Source: an uncultured virus (IMG/VR IMGVR_UViG_3300009152_000005) (Duplodnaviria; Heunggongvirae; Uroviricota; Caudoviricetes). Taken from it: a stretch of 64,000 nucleotides of DNA. The DNA lies in IMG/VR virus record IMGVR_UViG_3300009152_000005, one strand, 5' to 3'. The notes under the pieces are model-generated. The model saw only the letters and a program-made list of their open reading frames with translations, was not told where the DNA came from and did not search any database. This document shows, piece after piece, positions 36,705 to 46,040 of the stretch (its first letter is position 1; each line of letters begins with the position of its first letter). Position numbers and translations under genes: made by a program.

Positions 36705-39700
36705 TTAAGGTTCAATCATTACCCAAGCGACTTTGGCGGTGTCTGTCGCATTTGAAGAGGTGATAGTGAAGGAAGTCCCGGAGACGCGGGCGCTGACGCG
36801 CAGAAATCCCGGTGTAGTTCCGCCTTCTTGGGCTGTAAGCATGATGCGAGTGGTAGCGTACACGTAGCCATCAGACACAGTAACGGTGCCCGCCGCAAGC
36901 TGGGCAAAGCCATGGCGGATTCGGTTGATTTTGATGCCGTTGCTGTCTACTTTGAGCGCGGAGATGGAAAGTCCGTTGACGGCGTCGTCTACCTGCACGT
37001 CGCCGCTCTTATCAGGAAGCACTTGCGTACGAGGGCCCCCGACCGAGCTGGGCGGTTGTAACGAAATGTTGTTTGTCGCAGGGTTTTGGCCAGTTACATA
37101 AAACTGGATTGATGTCGCAAACCCTGAAACACTTGGTGCAGCCCAAGTAGGCACGCCACCTGAGACTGTCAACACTTGACCCGCTGAACCGATAGCGCGT
37201 TTTGCTAACACGTTGCCCACGCTGGCGTATAAAATATCTCCGAGTGTATATGTTCCAAGCCCGGTGCCTCCTTGCGTTGTAGCCACCGTCCCCGATAGGA
37301 CGCTGGCAGGAATTGTCGCGGAAGCGGTGACTGCTGAAGTGCCGTTCCCGAAGAGATACCCGGAGAGCGTGTTTGCCCCGGTGCCACCGGTGCTGACCGT
37401 CATGGTCCCGGTGATGTTGGTCGCCGGGATGCTGGTCGAAGCGGTGAAGGCTCCAGTGCCGTTGCCGGTGACGTAGCCGGTAAGCGTGGTTGCTCCAGTA
37501 CCTCCTTGGCTGACCGGCAACGTGGTGATAGTGGCTTGCTTGCCGTTCAACTGCGTCTGAATCGCGCTGGTGACGCCGCTGAGATAGCCAAGCTCCGTCG
37601 ACGTGACCGAGGAGTAGGTCAGGATGCCTCCGGCGCTGAAAATCGCAGCCTTTGACTGACTTGACCCAACATACACCGGAGCAACCCAGTTACCTGCGAC
37701 ATCCCAAAGGTACACGCCGTTTGCGACGTTCCATGAAGGTGACGAGTTGTTCGACGCATACCAACTAACACCAGCACCCGGACTAAGCGCAAGCAACTGG
37801 TTGTTTGCATTTGCTGCTGCCGAGGCGTGTACCCAAGCGGACCCGTTGTAGTATACATTAGCCCCGAGGAACAAAATGTTGCTTATCGGAGTCAGGCTAC
37901 CGTTGGTGCCATCAGACCCGACTGCGCGCACAGGGCTGATGCTGGACGTAGCGACGATGGCGGCTGCGCTGACCGTTCCTGTAAACGTAGGAGAAGCTGT
38001 CCCAGCAGGTCCACCAGTGCCGCTCGACGTACCTGCGAGCAGCGCCGTTACACCGGTCCCAAGACCAGACAAGTTTGTCGTAGGTATGCTCGTCGATGCA
38101 GTAAACGCCCCGGTGCCGCTGCCGATGACGTAGCCAGTGAGGACAGTTGCTCCCGTTCCACCTTGGCTAACGGCGACGGTGTTCAACGCAGCGGATAGTA
38201 TCTTACCGGACGCATCTGTGAGCGTGGTGACGCCAGAACCGGCCTTGAGCAAACCGTTCACGGTGAGCCCTGTGCTGTTCAGGGACATCGCATTTGCTCC
38301 GGCGATGTAGAACGCTTGAGCTGCCCATGTCGCGCTGGCTCCATGCATGAGGGTCGTCCCAAAAGATGAAAGCGTGGTATCTGCTCCTTCACCTATCGCG
38401 CCGTTGTACGAGATGCGCCCGGCGACATCGAGCAGGTATGCCGGGTTGTTTTTGTTGATGCCGACCCGGTGGTTCACCGCATCGACATAGAAGGTAGTTC
38501 CGTCGATGTTAGTGGTTCCGGTGACTGAGCCTCCGGTCAGCGGGAGGGCGTAGCTGGAGTAATTGTGGTCCCCAAGCAATGTCCGCCACGGGCTGTAAGA
38601 CCCAACGCCTCCGACGTTGCTCGGGTTGCCGCTGCGGGTGTAGAGGGTGCCAGCGGTGTAGTCTCCGTAGATTTGAGTAATTGTGTCCGCTCCCCCTTGG
38701 ATTACCAACAACTGACCCCATTGAAGAGAGCTGGGTCGGTTCGCTTCGGTGTTTTGGATGCGATAGACCCCGGAGGTCGTCAGCGTGTTGAGGTCGACAC
38801 CGGGAATACCGCCGACCTTCATGGCGTCGGTGAGCCCGTATCCGGCAAGCGTCGTCGGGTTGGTGCCTGCGATGACCCGGCCCTTCGCGTCAGTGGTCAC
38901 CGAACGGTACGTGCTCGCAGTGCCTACCGAGGCTAGAGTCGTCGCAACAGCTCCGGCAGACGTTGTGATGTCGCCTGTCAACGCAGGCATCCGAGCGGCA
39001 AGGAGCGTGCCTGCGTTCAAGTTGCCGGCGTCTTGGTAGAAGCTGCCGAGCTGCCCATTCAGATACTGGACGTTGAGATTCGAGACGAGCGTTGTCGAGG
39101 CAACTACCAGCGGAGCCGTACCGGTAGCTACCGACGAATAGAACTGGTCCGTTGTTCCAATCCCACGCTCCACCGATAGAGTTTTCGTGGTGCCTGTACC
39201 GACAACAGCGCCGACAACAATCGGAGCTGTGAAGGCCGGACAATCAGGGCCGTAAGCGTAGAGCGAGATAGGCACGACGCTGGTGACATCGGACACGTAG
39301 ATGTCCAGATACCCTGCGCCATCGCCGGAGTTACCAGTGACTCGCACCTGCGAGACGATGTAACCAACGTACATCCCGCCCTTGACGATGCTTATCTGGC
39401 CGGTTTGGCCCCAGCCGTTGGAGTTCCACACCAACTCCAGAGCGTCCTTCTTGTTGTTGTACGAGGCGTAAATGCGAAGGACGCCTCCGCCTGTAACATT
39501 AGTAGTGAACACCCTGTACCAACCCACGGTGGTCGGAGTGAAGGTAGTGTATTTCTCAACGAACAGAGAGCCGTTGACCTGACTAGAGAAGGTGCCAGTA
39601 GTCCCTGTGATACCGCTGGATGCTGTGATGGCTCCCAGCACGTCCAAAGCGACAGTCGGGGTCTTGCCGATACCGACCCGCCCATAGCTACTGAGCCTCA

Positions 39701-40097
39701 TCAACATTCCGCTGTACGTACCAAACTCAAGACCGTAGGGGTCAAAGCTCGGACCAAACGCAATGTAACCCACGTCGGTCGAGTCAATCTTTCTACCCAA
39801 TTTCCAAGTGGCACTATACCAATCGCTGCCGCTGTAGCTCCGGATGAGGGTTGTCTGCAGACTATCGTTGTTGCCGGTGGTCGCTGAATGCACCAACCCC
39901 GGAAGAGTGTTGCCTGCGGTTCCTCCTAGAGACCCGAGAGGTTGGGATATGCCGCTTGAGACGGTCAAGCCAGCCAACGTACCGACCCCGGTGATGCCGG
40001 AATAAGCGCCCGTAAGCCCTGCGGGGTCAACGGCATCTCCCGAAGGCAGCGTTTGAAGCTGCCCGGCTATGCTAACAAGAGGAATTCGATTAGCCAT
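36705..40097 (-). CDS. long tail/head fibre protein with pyocin-knob-like domain
   Basis: Gly/Thr-rich V.QGGTGATT repeats, SVTTDAKGRV repeat, knob DLNTLTTSGVY...WGQLLV...TQIY. Confidence 0.85.
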   Translation of the reverse strand: MANRIPLVSIAGQLQTLPSGDAVDPAGLTGAYSGITGVGTLAGLTVSSGISQPLGSLGGTAGNTLPGLVHSATTGNNDSLQTTLIRSYSGSDWYSATWKLGRKIDSTDVGYIAFGPSFDPYGLEFGTYSGMLMRLSSYGRVGIGKTPTVALDVLGAITASSGITGTTGTFSSQVNGSLFVEKYTTFTPTTVGWYRVFTTNVTGGGVLRIYASYNNKKDALELVWNSNGWGQTGQISIVKGGMYVGYIVSQVRVTGNSGDGAGYLDIYVSDVTSVVPISLYAYGPDCPAFTAPIVVGAVVGTGTTKTLSVERGIGTTDQFYSSVATGTAPLVVASTTLVSNLNVQYLNGQLGSFYQDAGNLNAGTLLAARMPALTGDITTSAGAVATTLASVGTASTYRSVTTDAKGRVIAGTNPTTLAGYGLTDAMKVGGIPGVDLNTLTTSGVYRIQNTEANRPSSLQWGQLLVIQGGADTITQIYGDYTAGTLYTRSGNPSNVGGVGSYSPWRTLLGDHNYSSYALPLTGGSVTGTTNIDGTTFYVDAVNHRVGINKNNPAYLLDVAGRISYNGAIGEGADTTLSSFGTTLMHGASATWAAQAFYIAGANAMSLNSTGLTVNGLLKAGSGVTTLTDASGKILSAALNTVAVSQGGTGATVLTGYVIGSGTGAFTASTSIPTTNLSGLGTGVTALLAGTSSGTGGPAGTASPTFTGTVSAAAIVATSSISPVRAVGSDGTNGSLTPISNILFLGANVYYNGSAWVHASAAANANNQLLALSPGAGVSWYASNNSSPSWNVANGVYLWDVAGNWVAPVYVGSSQSKAAIFSAGGILTYSSVTSTELGYLSGVTSAIQTQLNGKQATITTLPVSQGGTGATTLTGYVTGNGTGAFTASTSIPATNITGTMTVSTGGTGANTLSGYLFGNGTSAVTASATIPASVLSGTVATTQGGTGLGTYTLGDILYASVGNVLAKRAIGSAGQVLTVSGGVPTWAAPSVSGFATSIQFYVTGQNPATNNISLQPPSSVGGPRTQVLPDKSGDVQVDDAVNGLSISALKVDSNGIKINRIRHGFAQLAAGTVTVSDGYVYATTRIMLTAQEGGTTPGFLRVSARVSGTSFTITSSNATDTAKVAWVMIEP

Positions 40098-40098
40098 A

Positions 40099-41838
40099 TC
40101 AGGTCAATTTAACGGTCGCATCAAAGCGCAGAGCCATCTTGGTCGTGCTCATGGCGCGTCCGACAACAGAGAGATAATTTGTTGAAGGCGCGGTGGTGGT
40201 CAAAGCGCCGGGAGTTACACTAGACAGGTAATAAGGCGCGCCCGGTGTTAATCCGCCTGATTGACCGGTCACAGCATCCCACTGAGTTGTAGTTGCTGCC
40301 ATGACTCCCGCAAAGGCGATGGCCCCAGAAGCACTCGCCGAAATGGAAGTGGAGCTAACCAAACCGATGACTTGCGCTGGAGGCGACGACGTTGCAATTG
40401 CCAGCTTAACTTGGTCTGTCGTGGTATGAGCGTAGACTGCGCGACAAATAGCAATGGCAACTGTTTCGGCATTAGTAAAAGTGTCTTCTAACACCGTAGT
40501 AGAAGACACCGTACCAGAAGTCACACGACCGTAGGTATCTACTGTGACCGCTTGGTACGTGCCGGGAGTAGCTACGCCCGAAGCCAAGTCGATTACCGGA
40601 GCTCCTGCAACACCGTCTCCGTTTGTGACAACAGTGCGACCTGACGTGCCTGCAATACTGCGAAGAATAAACGCATCGGTAGCGGTCGCGTAAAGTCCAC
40701 CGCCACCGGTCAACGCGGCGATACTGGTCAAACCCGCATCCACCGGTTGAGCACCGATGTCCGAGGGAACCGCTGTCGCGCCCACTGTTGCCCGGCCATA
40801 GGTATCGACAGTGACCTTGGTGTAAGTGCCGGGAGTGACGATGCCTGAAACAAGGTCGATGCTGTCTACGTTAGCTACAATTCGACCCGCCGTGCCGACT
40901 ACGTCAAGCGTATTGCCTGACTTGGTCAAACCATTACCTGCGACAACCTGACCCAAAGCCGAAGATTGCGTGAACACCAACACAGTGGTGCCAACAACAA
41001 TCGGGTCGTTAGTGGTCAACGTCCAACCCGTGTCTGCCCAAAGAGTGCCTTCATTGACCCAGAAGGTTGCGCCACCGGTGACTTCACCTGATGCGCTGTC
41101 AAAATCAGTTGCGCGAGTCCAAGTACTAGTCGAGGCGATGTAGACGCCATTCTCTGCACCAGCCGTCTGGTCTGTGAGCAACACGCGATTGCCCGAGGCA
41201 GTAACGACGCCGTCAACAGTCAGTAGCGTGCCGGTGCTGATGTTGATGTTGGCGGTCGATTTGACCCGGACGGAATCGCGGACACGTTGACCGGCTGCGA
41301 CTGCATCAACGTACTGCTTGGTTGCAGCTTGCAACGCAGACGCAGGGTCCGCGGCTAGCGTAGTGGTCCCAGTGAACACCGCATTGTTGATGGGCGCGTA
41401 GATGGCGTTCACCAGCGCGGTGATGTCGCCAGCGACCACAGCCGTCGTTCCGCTCACGCGACCATAAGTATCGCGTGCAAGTTTTGCGAACGTGCCAGTA
41501 CCCGAATCCGCCAATGTGTTCAGGTCGAGCGTGATGTCGCCGGCCGTTCCCGCCGGGTTCGTAACCGTCAGCCGCGTTTGAACCGCGACCTGCCTCATCG
41601 TGAAGACGTTAGCGGCAGTACGACAAGCAAGGCCCAAGGTGCCGCTCAAGGAATGCAGAGACGCAGCATCGGCAGAATACGCCTGCACGTCTGACCCGAT
41701 GGCAACACCTAGATTCGTCCGCGCCGCACCAGAAGTAGTGGCTCCAGTGCCGCCCAAGTTAAGGTCGAGGAAATCGCCAGCTTGGAAATTGGCGAGTTGT
41801 CCAGTGGAAAGGACTTGAATAGGTATTGCAGCAGCCAT
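40099..41838 (-). CDS. fibre protein
   Basis: AATKQYVD, GNRVLLTDQT...ENGVY...WTRATD, GTY..VTVDTYGR repeats. Confidence 0.85.
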   Translation of the reverse strand: MAAAIPIQVLSTGQLANFQAGDFLDLNLGGTGATTSGAARTNLGVAIGSDVQAYSADAASLHSLSGTLGLACRTAANVFTMRQVAVQTRLTVTNPAGTAGDITLDLNTLADSGTGTFAKLARDTYGRVSGTTAVVAGDITALVNAIYAPINNAVFTGTTTLAADPASALQAATKQYVDAVAAGQRVRDSVRVKSTANINISTGTLLTVDGVVTASGNRVLLTDQTAGAENGVYIASTSTWTRATDFDSASGEVTGGATFWVNEGTLWADTGWTLTTNDPIVVGTTVLVFTQSSALGQVVAGNGLTKSGNTLDVVGTAGRIVANVDSIDLVSGIVTPGTYTKVTVDTYGRATVGATAVPSDIGAQPVDAGLTSIAALTGGGGLYATATDAFILRSIAGTSGRTVVTNGDGVAGAPVIDLASGVATPGTYQAVTVDTYGRVTSGTVSSTTVLEDTFTNAETVAIAICRAVYAHTTTDQVKLAIATSSPPAQVIGLVSSTSISASASGAIAFAGVMAATTTQWDAVTGQSGGLTPGAPYYLSSVTPGALTTTAPSTNYLSVVGRAMSTTKMALRFDATVKLT

Positions 41839-41844
41839 AATGTT

Positions 41845-42888
41845 TTATCGTAAAATGTTTGAATTGAAACCAATTCTAAACGTAGTTGAGCTTAGTGCAA
41901 CACCTACGGGAACAACGTAATCAGTGCTGGGAGCATACGGAGTCATTGCACCTGATGGGCCTAGAAAGTACGTTTGATTTTGAGCAAGTCCGCCAACCAT
42001 TCCTGTTGCAGCATCCCAAGCCAGTGTGGTCGTGGTGAGATTCAAATCGGTTTGAACCCTGCCTGAGACACCTTGAGCAAGCGTGTCTTCGTACAGGAGG
42101 CCGATAGGAACATTGTACGGAGAAACATTGGTCGCTCTTTTTAGCAGACCTCCAACTAAACAAACTACCATTCCCTTTGAAAGAGTTCCAACATGGCCCG
42201 AGACATAGCTCGGAAGCACATCACCCGGACCGCTTTGGGCAAACGTAAGGCGTCCGTCTGAACCAACTGTGATGTTTGCAGAAGTGTAAGTTCCGGGCGT
42301 GACAGCCGTGGGCGTGATGGTTGTTGCGAAGGTTCCAGTGCCGGTGCCTGTGACAGGCCCTGTAAGAGTGATGGTTTGGTCGCCTGTATTGGTGCCAGAG
42401 CTGGCTCCAGAAAATGTGCCCGACTGAGTGGCCAACGTGCCGAGTCCGAGGTTGGTGCGCGCGTTCGAGGCGCTCGCAAGGTCGCCTAGATTGGCCGCCT
42501 TCGTTGCAAACCCCGACAAATCTTGGTCGCCGGTGTTTGTACCGGACACGTTGCTTCCAGTGACCGTTCCGGTGGCTGCTACCGACGTGGGCGTGATGGC
42601 CCCCAGCGTCAATGAAATGACCGGCGTGGTCGTGGGCGTGGCCACCGTTCCAGTCACCCCGTTTGCAGGGGCTACCGAGACGCTGTTCACTGTACCCGTG
42701 CCGGTGGTGGTCGCACTAACGACTAACGCCCTAACGAGTTTGTCCCTTAACGTCTGGTCAGAGTCGCTCGGAGCCGGCTCCAACTCAGCGGTTTCCGGGC
42801 TGGGGGTCAGGGGGGTCAGGACGCGCCGGATGCGTTCGCTCTCCTGTTTCTGAAAACTCTGCCATGCTGGAAATCGCTCGGTATCCAT
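41845..42888 (-). CDS. fibre/decoration protein
   Basis: SGTNTGDQ repeats, ARTNLGLG, GTYTSANITV..DGR; C-terminal domain shared with 40099-41838. Confidence 0.8.
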   Translation of the reverse strand: MDTERFPAWQSFQKQESERIRRVLTPLTPSPETAELEPAPSDSDQTLRDKLVRALVVSATTTGTGTVNSVSVAPANGVTGTVATPTTTPVISLTLGAITPTSVAATGTVTGSNVSGTNTGDQDLSGFATKAANLGDLASASNARTNLGLGTLATQSGTFSGASSGTNTGDQTITLTGPVTGTGTGTFATTITPTAVTPGTYTSANITVGSDGRLTFAQSGPGDVLPSYVSGHVGTLSKGMVVCLVGGLLKRATNVSPYNVPIGLLYEDTLAQGVSGRVQTDLNLTTTTLAWDAATGMVGGLAQNQTYFLGPSGAMTPYAPSTDYVVPVGVALSSTTFRIGFNSNILR

Positions 42889-42960
42889 AAAAAAGCGGTC
42901 ACGAGTAATGTCGTGACCGCTTTCTGAATCTGGAGGGGCTGTCGCTTAGATGGAGCCGCC
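42885..42960 (-). repeat. direct repeat copy A (MCP 3' end and terminator)
   Basis: Identical blocks to 36320-36400. Confidence 0.92.
42889..42923 (-). terminator. terminator after major capsid gene
   Basis: Perfect 13-bp stem and T6 directly abutting the next ATG. Confidence 0.85.
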
Positions 42961-44190
42961 GGTGTACGGCAACGGCGCGGTGTGCTCGCACGCGACGAGG
43001 CCGAGGTCGGCGTCGCAGCGAGCGTAGACGATGGGCACGACGTGCTGCGGGCGGATGGGGCGGTACGCGCGGGTGATTTGGAACTTGTGGAAGCCGAAGT
43101 CCCCGTACACGTTGCAGTCGTTGTCCACCTGATAGTGCCAGTCGAGTTCACCCATGTGGAGCTGCGGGGCGAACTTGAAACTGCCCTCGCCAACGTACTT
43201 CTCGGGCACCAGACGCTCGAAGGTGTTTTCGGCAATGAGGAAGCCCATCTCGTAGGCCGCCGCCAACCAGACCGGGTTGCGCTTCCGGGAACCCTTGTGG
43301 GTGACGACGTCGATGGTCGTGGTGTCGGGCTCGATGAAGTTCGGGACACCATTGGTCATGGTGTTGAACCGCAGCGGGGTCTGGTCGATGCCGAGCGAAA
43401 TGCCGCGGTACGCCGGGGCGCTGGCAAACGAGTACGCAGACAGCGAGACCTCGCCCAATTTGTACCCACCAGTCGTCAGACCGACGAGCACGTCCTTGAC
43501 GCCGACCTCATCCCGGAACGCCTCGACGATGTCCGCGGAACCGATAAAACGGAAACTCGCATCGAGACCGGTGCCGCCGAACATGTCGGCGAACAAGGCT
43601 TCTTTGAGATGCCGGGCGACCTTGTGAAGGGCCGCGAACGTGAGCCGGGCGGAAGGAAGGACGTGCGCAAACGGAATACCGACGTTGTTCTGCTCACCAC
43701 CGGTGAACATGTCGGAGAACTTGTAGCCGGCCGCGGCGTTGTACTTCGACGCCGACTTGGCGTAGAGCTGGTACTTGATGTCGGAGTTGATGTACTGGGT
43801 GATGAGCTTGGTCAGCGCATCCTCCGCCATCGTGTAACTCGACTTGAACGCGGCGCGGCCGTCCTTGACGCACACCCGGGGGCCGAAGCCACGCAGGGTC
43901 TGGAGACGGAACAGATACTCGACCGTGTCGGTGAGGTTCTGGCTGCCGTACTGGCCGCAGACGTCGGTATCGTTGGTGAACTCCGGCGCGACGAGCGAGT
44001 CACCCGCGGCAGCCGGAAGCTGCACGACGGAGCGGACTTGGTCGGAGATACCGTTCGCGAAGGTGCCACCTTTGAGCACGTTCATAAACGGAGAGTTGGC
44101 TGCGAGAGCCTTCGCGATGGTACCAATGACACGGTTGGTGTCCTTGGTCGCGAAATTGGAAGCATCGGCCTGCGTGAAACAATCGCCCAT
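42946..44190 (-). CDS. major capsid protein
   Basis: 414 aa, strong codon bias, downstream of portal and scaffold, long leader, followed by a strong terminator. Confidence 0.8.
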   Translation of the reverse strand: MGDCFTQADASNFATKDTNRVIGTIAKALAANSPFMNVLKGGTFANGISDQVRSVVQLPAAAGDSLVAPEFTNDTDVCGQYGSQNLTDTVEYLFRLQTLRGFGPRVCVKDGRAAFKSSYTMAEDALTKLITQYINSDIKYQLYAKSASKYNAAAGYKFSDMFTGGEQNNVGIPFAHVLPSARLTFAALHKVARHLKEALFADMFGGTGLDASFRFIGSADIVEAFRDEVGVKDVLVGLTTGGYKLGEVSLSAYSFASAPAYRGISLGIDQTPLRFNTMTNGVPNFIEPDTTTIDVVTHKGSRKRNPVWLAAAYEMGFLIAENTFERLVPEKYVGEGSFKFAPQLHMGELDWHYQVDNDCNVYGDFGFHKFQITRAYRPIRPQHVVPIVYARCDADLGLVACEHTAPLPYTGGSI

Positions 44191-44330
44191 ATTGGGTAAA
44201 CGGAAAGAGTTGACGGAATCTCAGAACAACCCCTGAGCGGGTTCGTCTCTCCGGGCCAATGGATAGACACTCTTAGGCCGTTTCTCGGTCGAGGCGCCCC
44301 GAGCAAGTTTTTGCCTCAAATGTAATATCC

Positions 44331-46040
44331 TCAGTGCAGGCTGTTCATCAAAACCCCGTGCGGAATCTTAAAAATTCCGCATCGCGAGTCGTTGATACCC
44401 GCGCTGATTGTCCAGATTCCGTCCTCGAAAATAGCCCCCGCGGGGAAGATGACGATGGGTTCCCATCCTCGTGAACCGTCCCGCCACGAAAACCCATCCA
44501 TGGTCGACGCCGTGAGCAGCGGCTTCTTCGTCACCCGGAGCGGGCGATGCTTGTTCCCTACGGAAAAGACATACGCCCCCATGTGGTACCGGCGAAGACG
44601 GCTGGTGTGTGGGACCGACGAATGGAAAAAGGAGACCCAGAGATTGCCGTGTCGGACTGGCGACGAACCGCCCCGAGGGTTGCCGTACCGCGACTTCCAT
44701 CCCGCCAACGGGTGGACAAAGCTCTTTTCCACCTTCCCCGTGTCGATGTTGACAACCTCGTGCGGGTCAGATTCGTACACGAAGAACTTTTCTTGCCCTT
44801 CTTGGAAGAACACCCAGTTTTTTTCGTGGTTTCCGAATTCCCCGGTGTTGGCTCGGTAGTTCAACGGCACCGGTTCTCCGACGCTGGCCCGCCCACTTTC
44901 GTCCACAGTCACCGGCGCGAGGCACTGTTTCCATCCGGGGCTGGCTCCATGACGGTACCGACTGTGGATGAACGAAAGGTGAGGGACCCCACCAAGTTCC
45001 ACAAACCGTGGGTCCTCATAGTGACTGGGCAGCCCGTCCAGCCATTTAGGAAGCCCGGAAACAAGGGTGTCGAACGTGATGCTCTTCAGGTCCTTTGACA
45101 GAAGCGCCCATCGGATTCTGCTCCACCCACCACCCGCTTGGGTGCGGTAAAAAATTCCCGTGTGGTCCCCGATGCGGGCCAGCGAGGGGTTGAAATTCAG
45201 CGCCTGCGGGTTGTCAAAAGTGTTTGGGTCTACAAGGTGGCCTTCCAACCCCTGCTTCAGCACCGACGGAAAGGAGTCGTCGTACCGGAAAAGCAAATCA
45301 TCGACGGAGCCTCCCTCTTCAACTGTGGGCCGCTCTTTTTTCAACACCACCTTCGACACCGCGTACTGGTACGCGGACTCATCTTTGCAGCCGTGGTGCC
45401 ACACCACTCCACGGAAAGCGAGCCGGTCAAGGTAGTTCGCATCGAGCCTCTGTGAACGGAAGTCCGATTGGATGATTGGGGTGTCATGCACCCCAAAAGC
45501 GGCCCAAACGGGGTATCCAAAGAGGTCCCAAGCTGCTGAATCGTTCGGTATCGACCAGTTTTGGATGGCCTGAGCGACGGCGGTACGGCACGAAAACACG
45601 GCGTTGCCGTTGATGTGGCAGCCAAAACCGTTGTGCGGAGGCTGCATATCGCCCATCACACCGACGTTTGGCTGTGTTTTCCACGCTTCCCAGATTTTTT
45701 TGGCCCAATCTGCGGTCAAAGGAACGCTGTCGCTCTCGATTGTCATCACCGCTTCGTACTCTGACCCCTGCGCAATGGCCCAATCGTAGCACCCACGCCA
45801 TGTCGACCACGGTCCAGCCGGATAACCGACCTTTTTGATGGTCGAGAACGACGTGTACACGTTGAACTTGCTCTGGCAGTACCGGAGGACGTCTTCATCA
45901 ACCGTTGTGTCCCATCGTGGGAGGATGAGGAGGTCAAAAACGTCTGTGAACGTAGGTTCAACGTCCGCAAGCAGCCGCGCAAGCCGATGCGCTTGGTCAC
46001 GGTCCCCAGAATAGAAAGACAGGGCGACGAGGAGCTTCAT
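44331..46040 (-). CDS. glycosyltransferase-like domain fused to GH130-like five-bladed propeller
   Basis: N-half GYPAGP...TIESDSVP...HINGNAV...AWD; C-half FNPSL, EDPR, EKNW, RGGS, FFH, IFPAG, GIND. Confidence 0.7.
   Translation of the reverse strand: MKLLVALSFYSGDRDQAHRLARLLADVEPTFTDVFDLLILPRWDTTVDEDVLRYCQSKFNVYTSFSTIKKVGYPAGPWSTWRGCYDWAIAQGSEYEAVMTIESDSVPLTADWAKKIWEAWKTQPNVGVMGDMQPPHNGFGCHINGNAVFSCRTAVAQAIQNWSIPNDSAAWDLFGYPVWAAFGVHDTPIIQSDFRSQRLDANYLDRLAFRGVVWHHGCKDESAYQYAVSKVVLKKERPTVEEGGSVDDLLFRYDDSFPSVLKQGLEGHLVDPNTFDNPQALNFNPSLARIGDHTGIFYRTQAGGGWSRIRWALLSKDLKSITFDTLVSGLPKWLDGLPSHYEDPRFVELGGVPHLSFIHSRYRHGASPGWKQCLAPVTVDESGRASVGEPVPLNYRANTGEFGNHEKNWVFFQEGQEKFFVYESDPHEVVNIDTGKVEKSFVHPLAGWKSRYGNPRGGSSPVRHGNLWVSFFHSSVPHTSRLRRYHMGAYVFSVGNKHRPLRVTKKPLLTASTMDGFSWRDGSRGWEPIVIFPAGAIFEDGIWTISAGINDSRCGIFKIPHGVLMNSLH

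Noticed and set aside
35517..42960. Diversity-generating retroelement or invertase shufflon behind the fibre repeats
   Set aside because: No reverse transcriptase or recombinase in the window; repeats are direct and differences are not adenine-specific.
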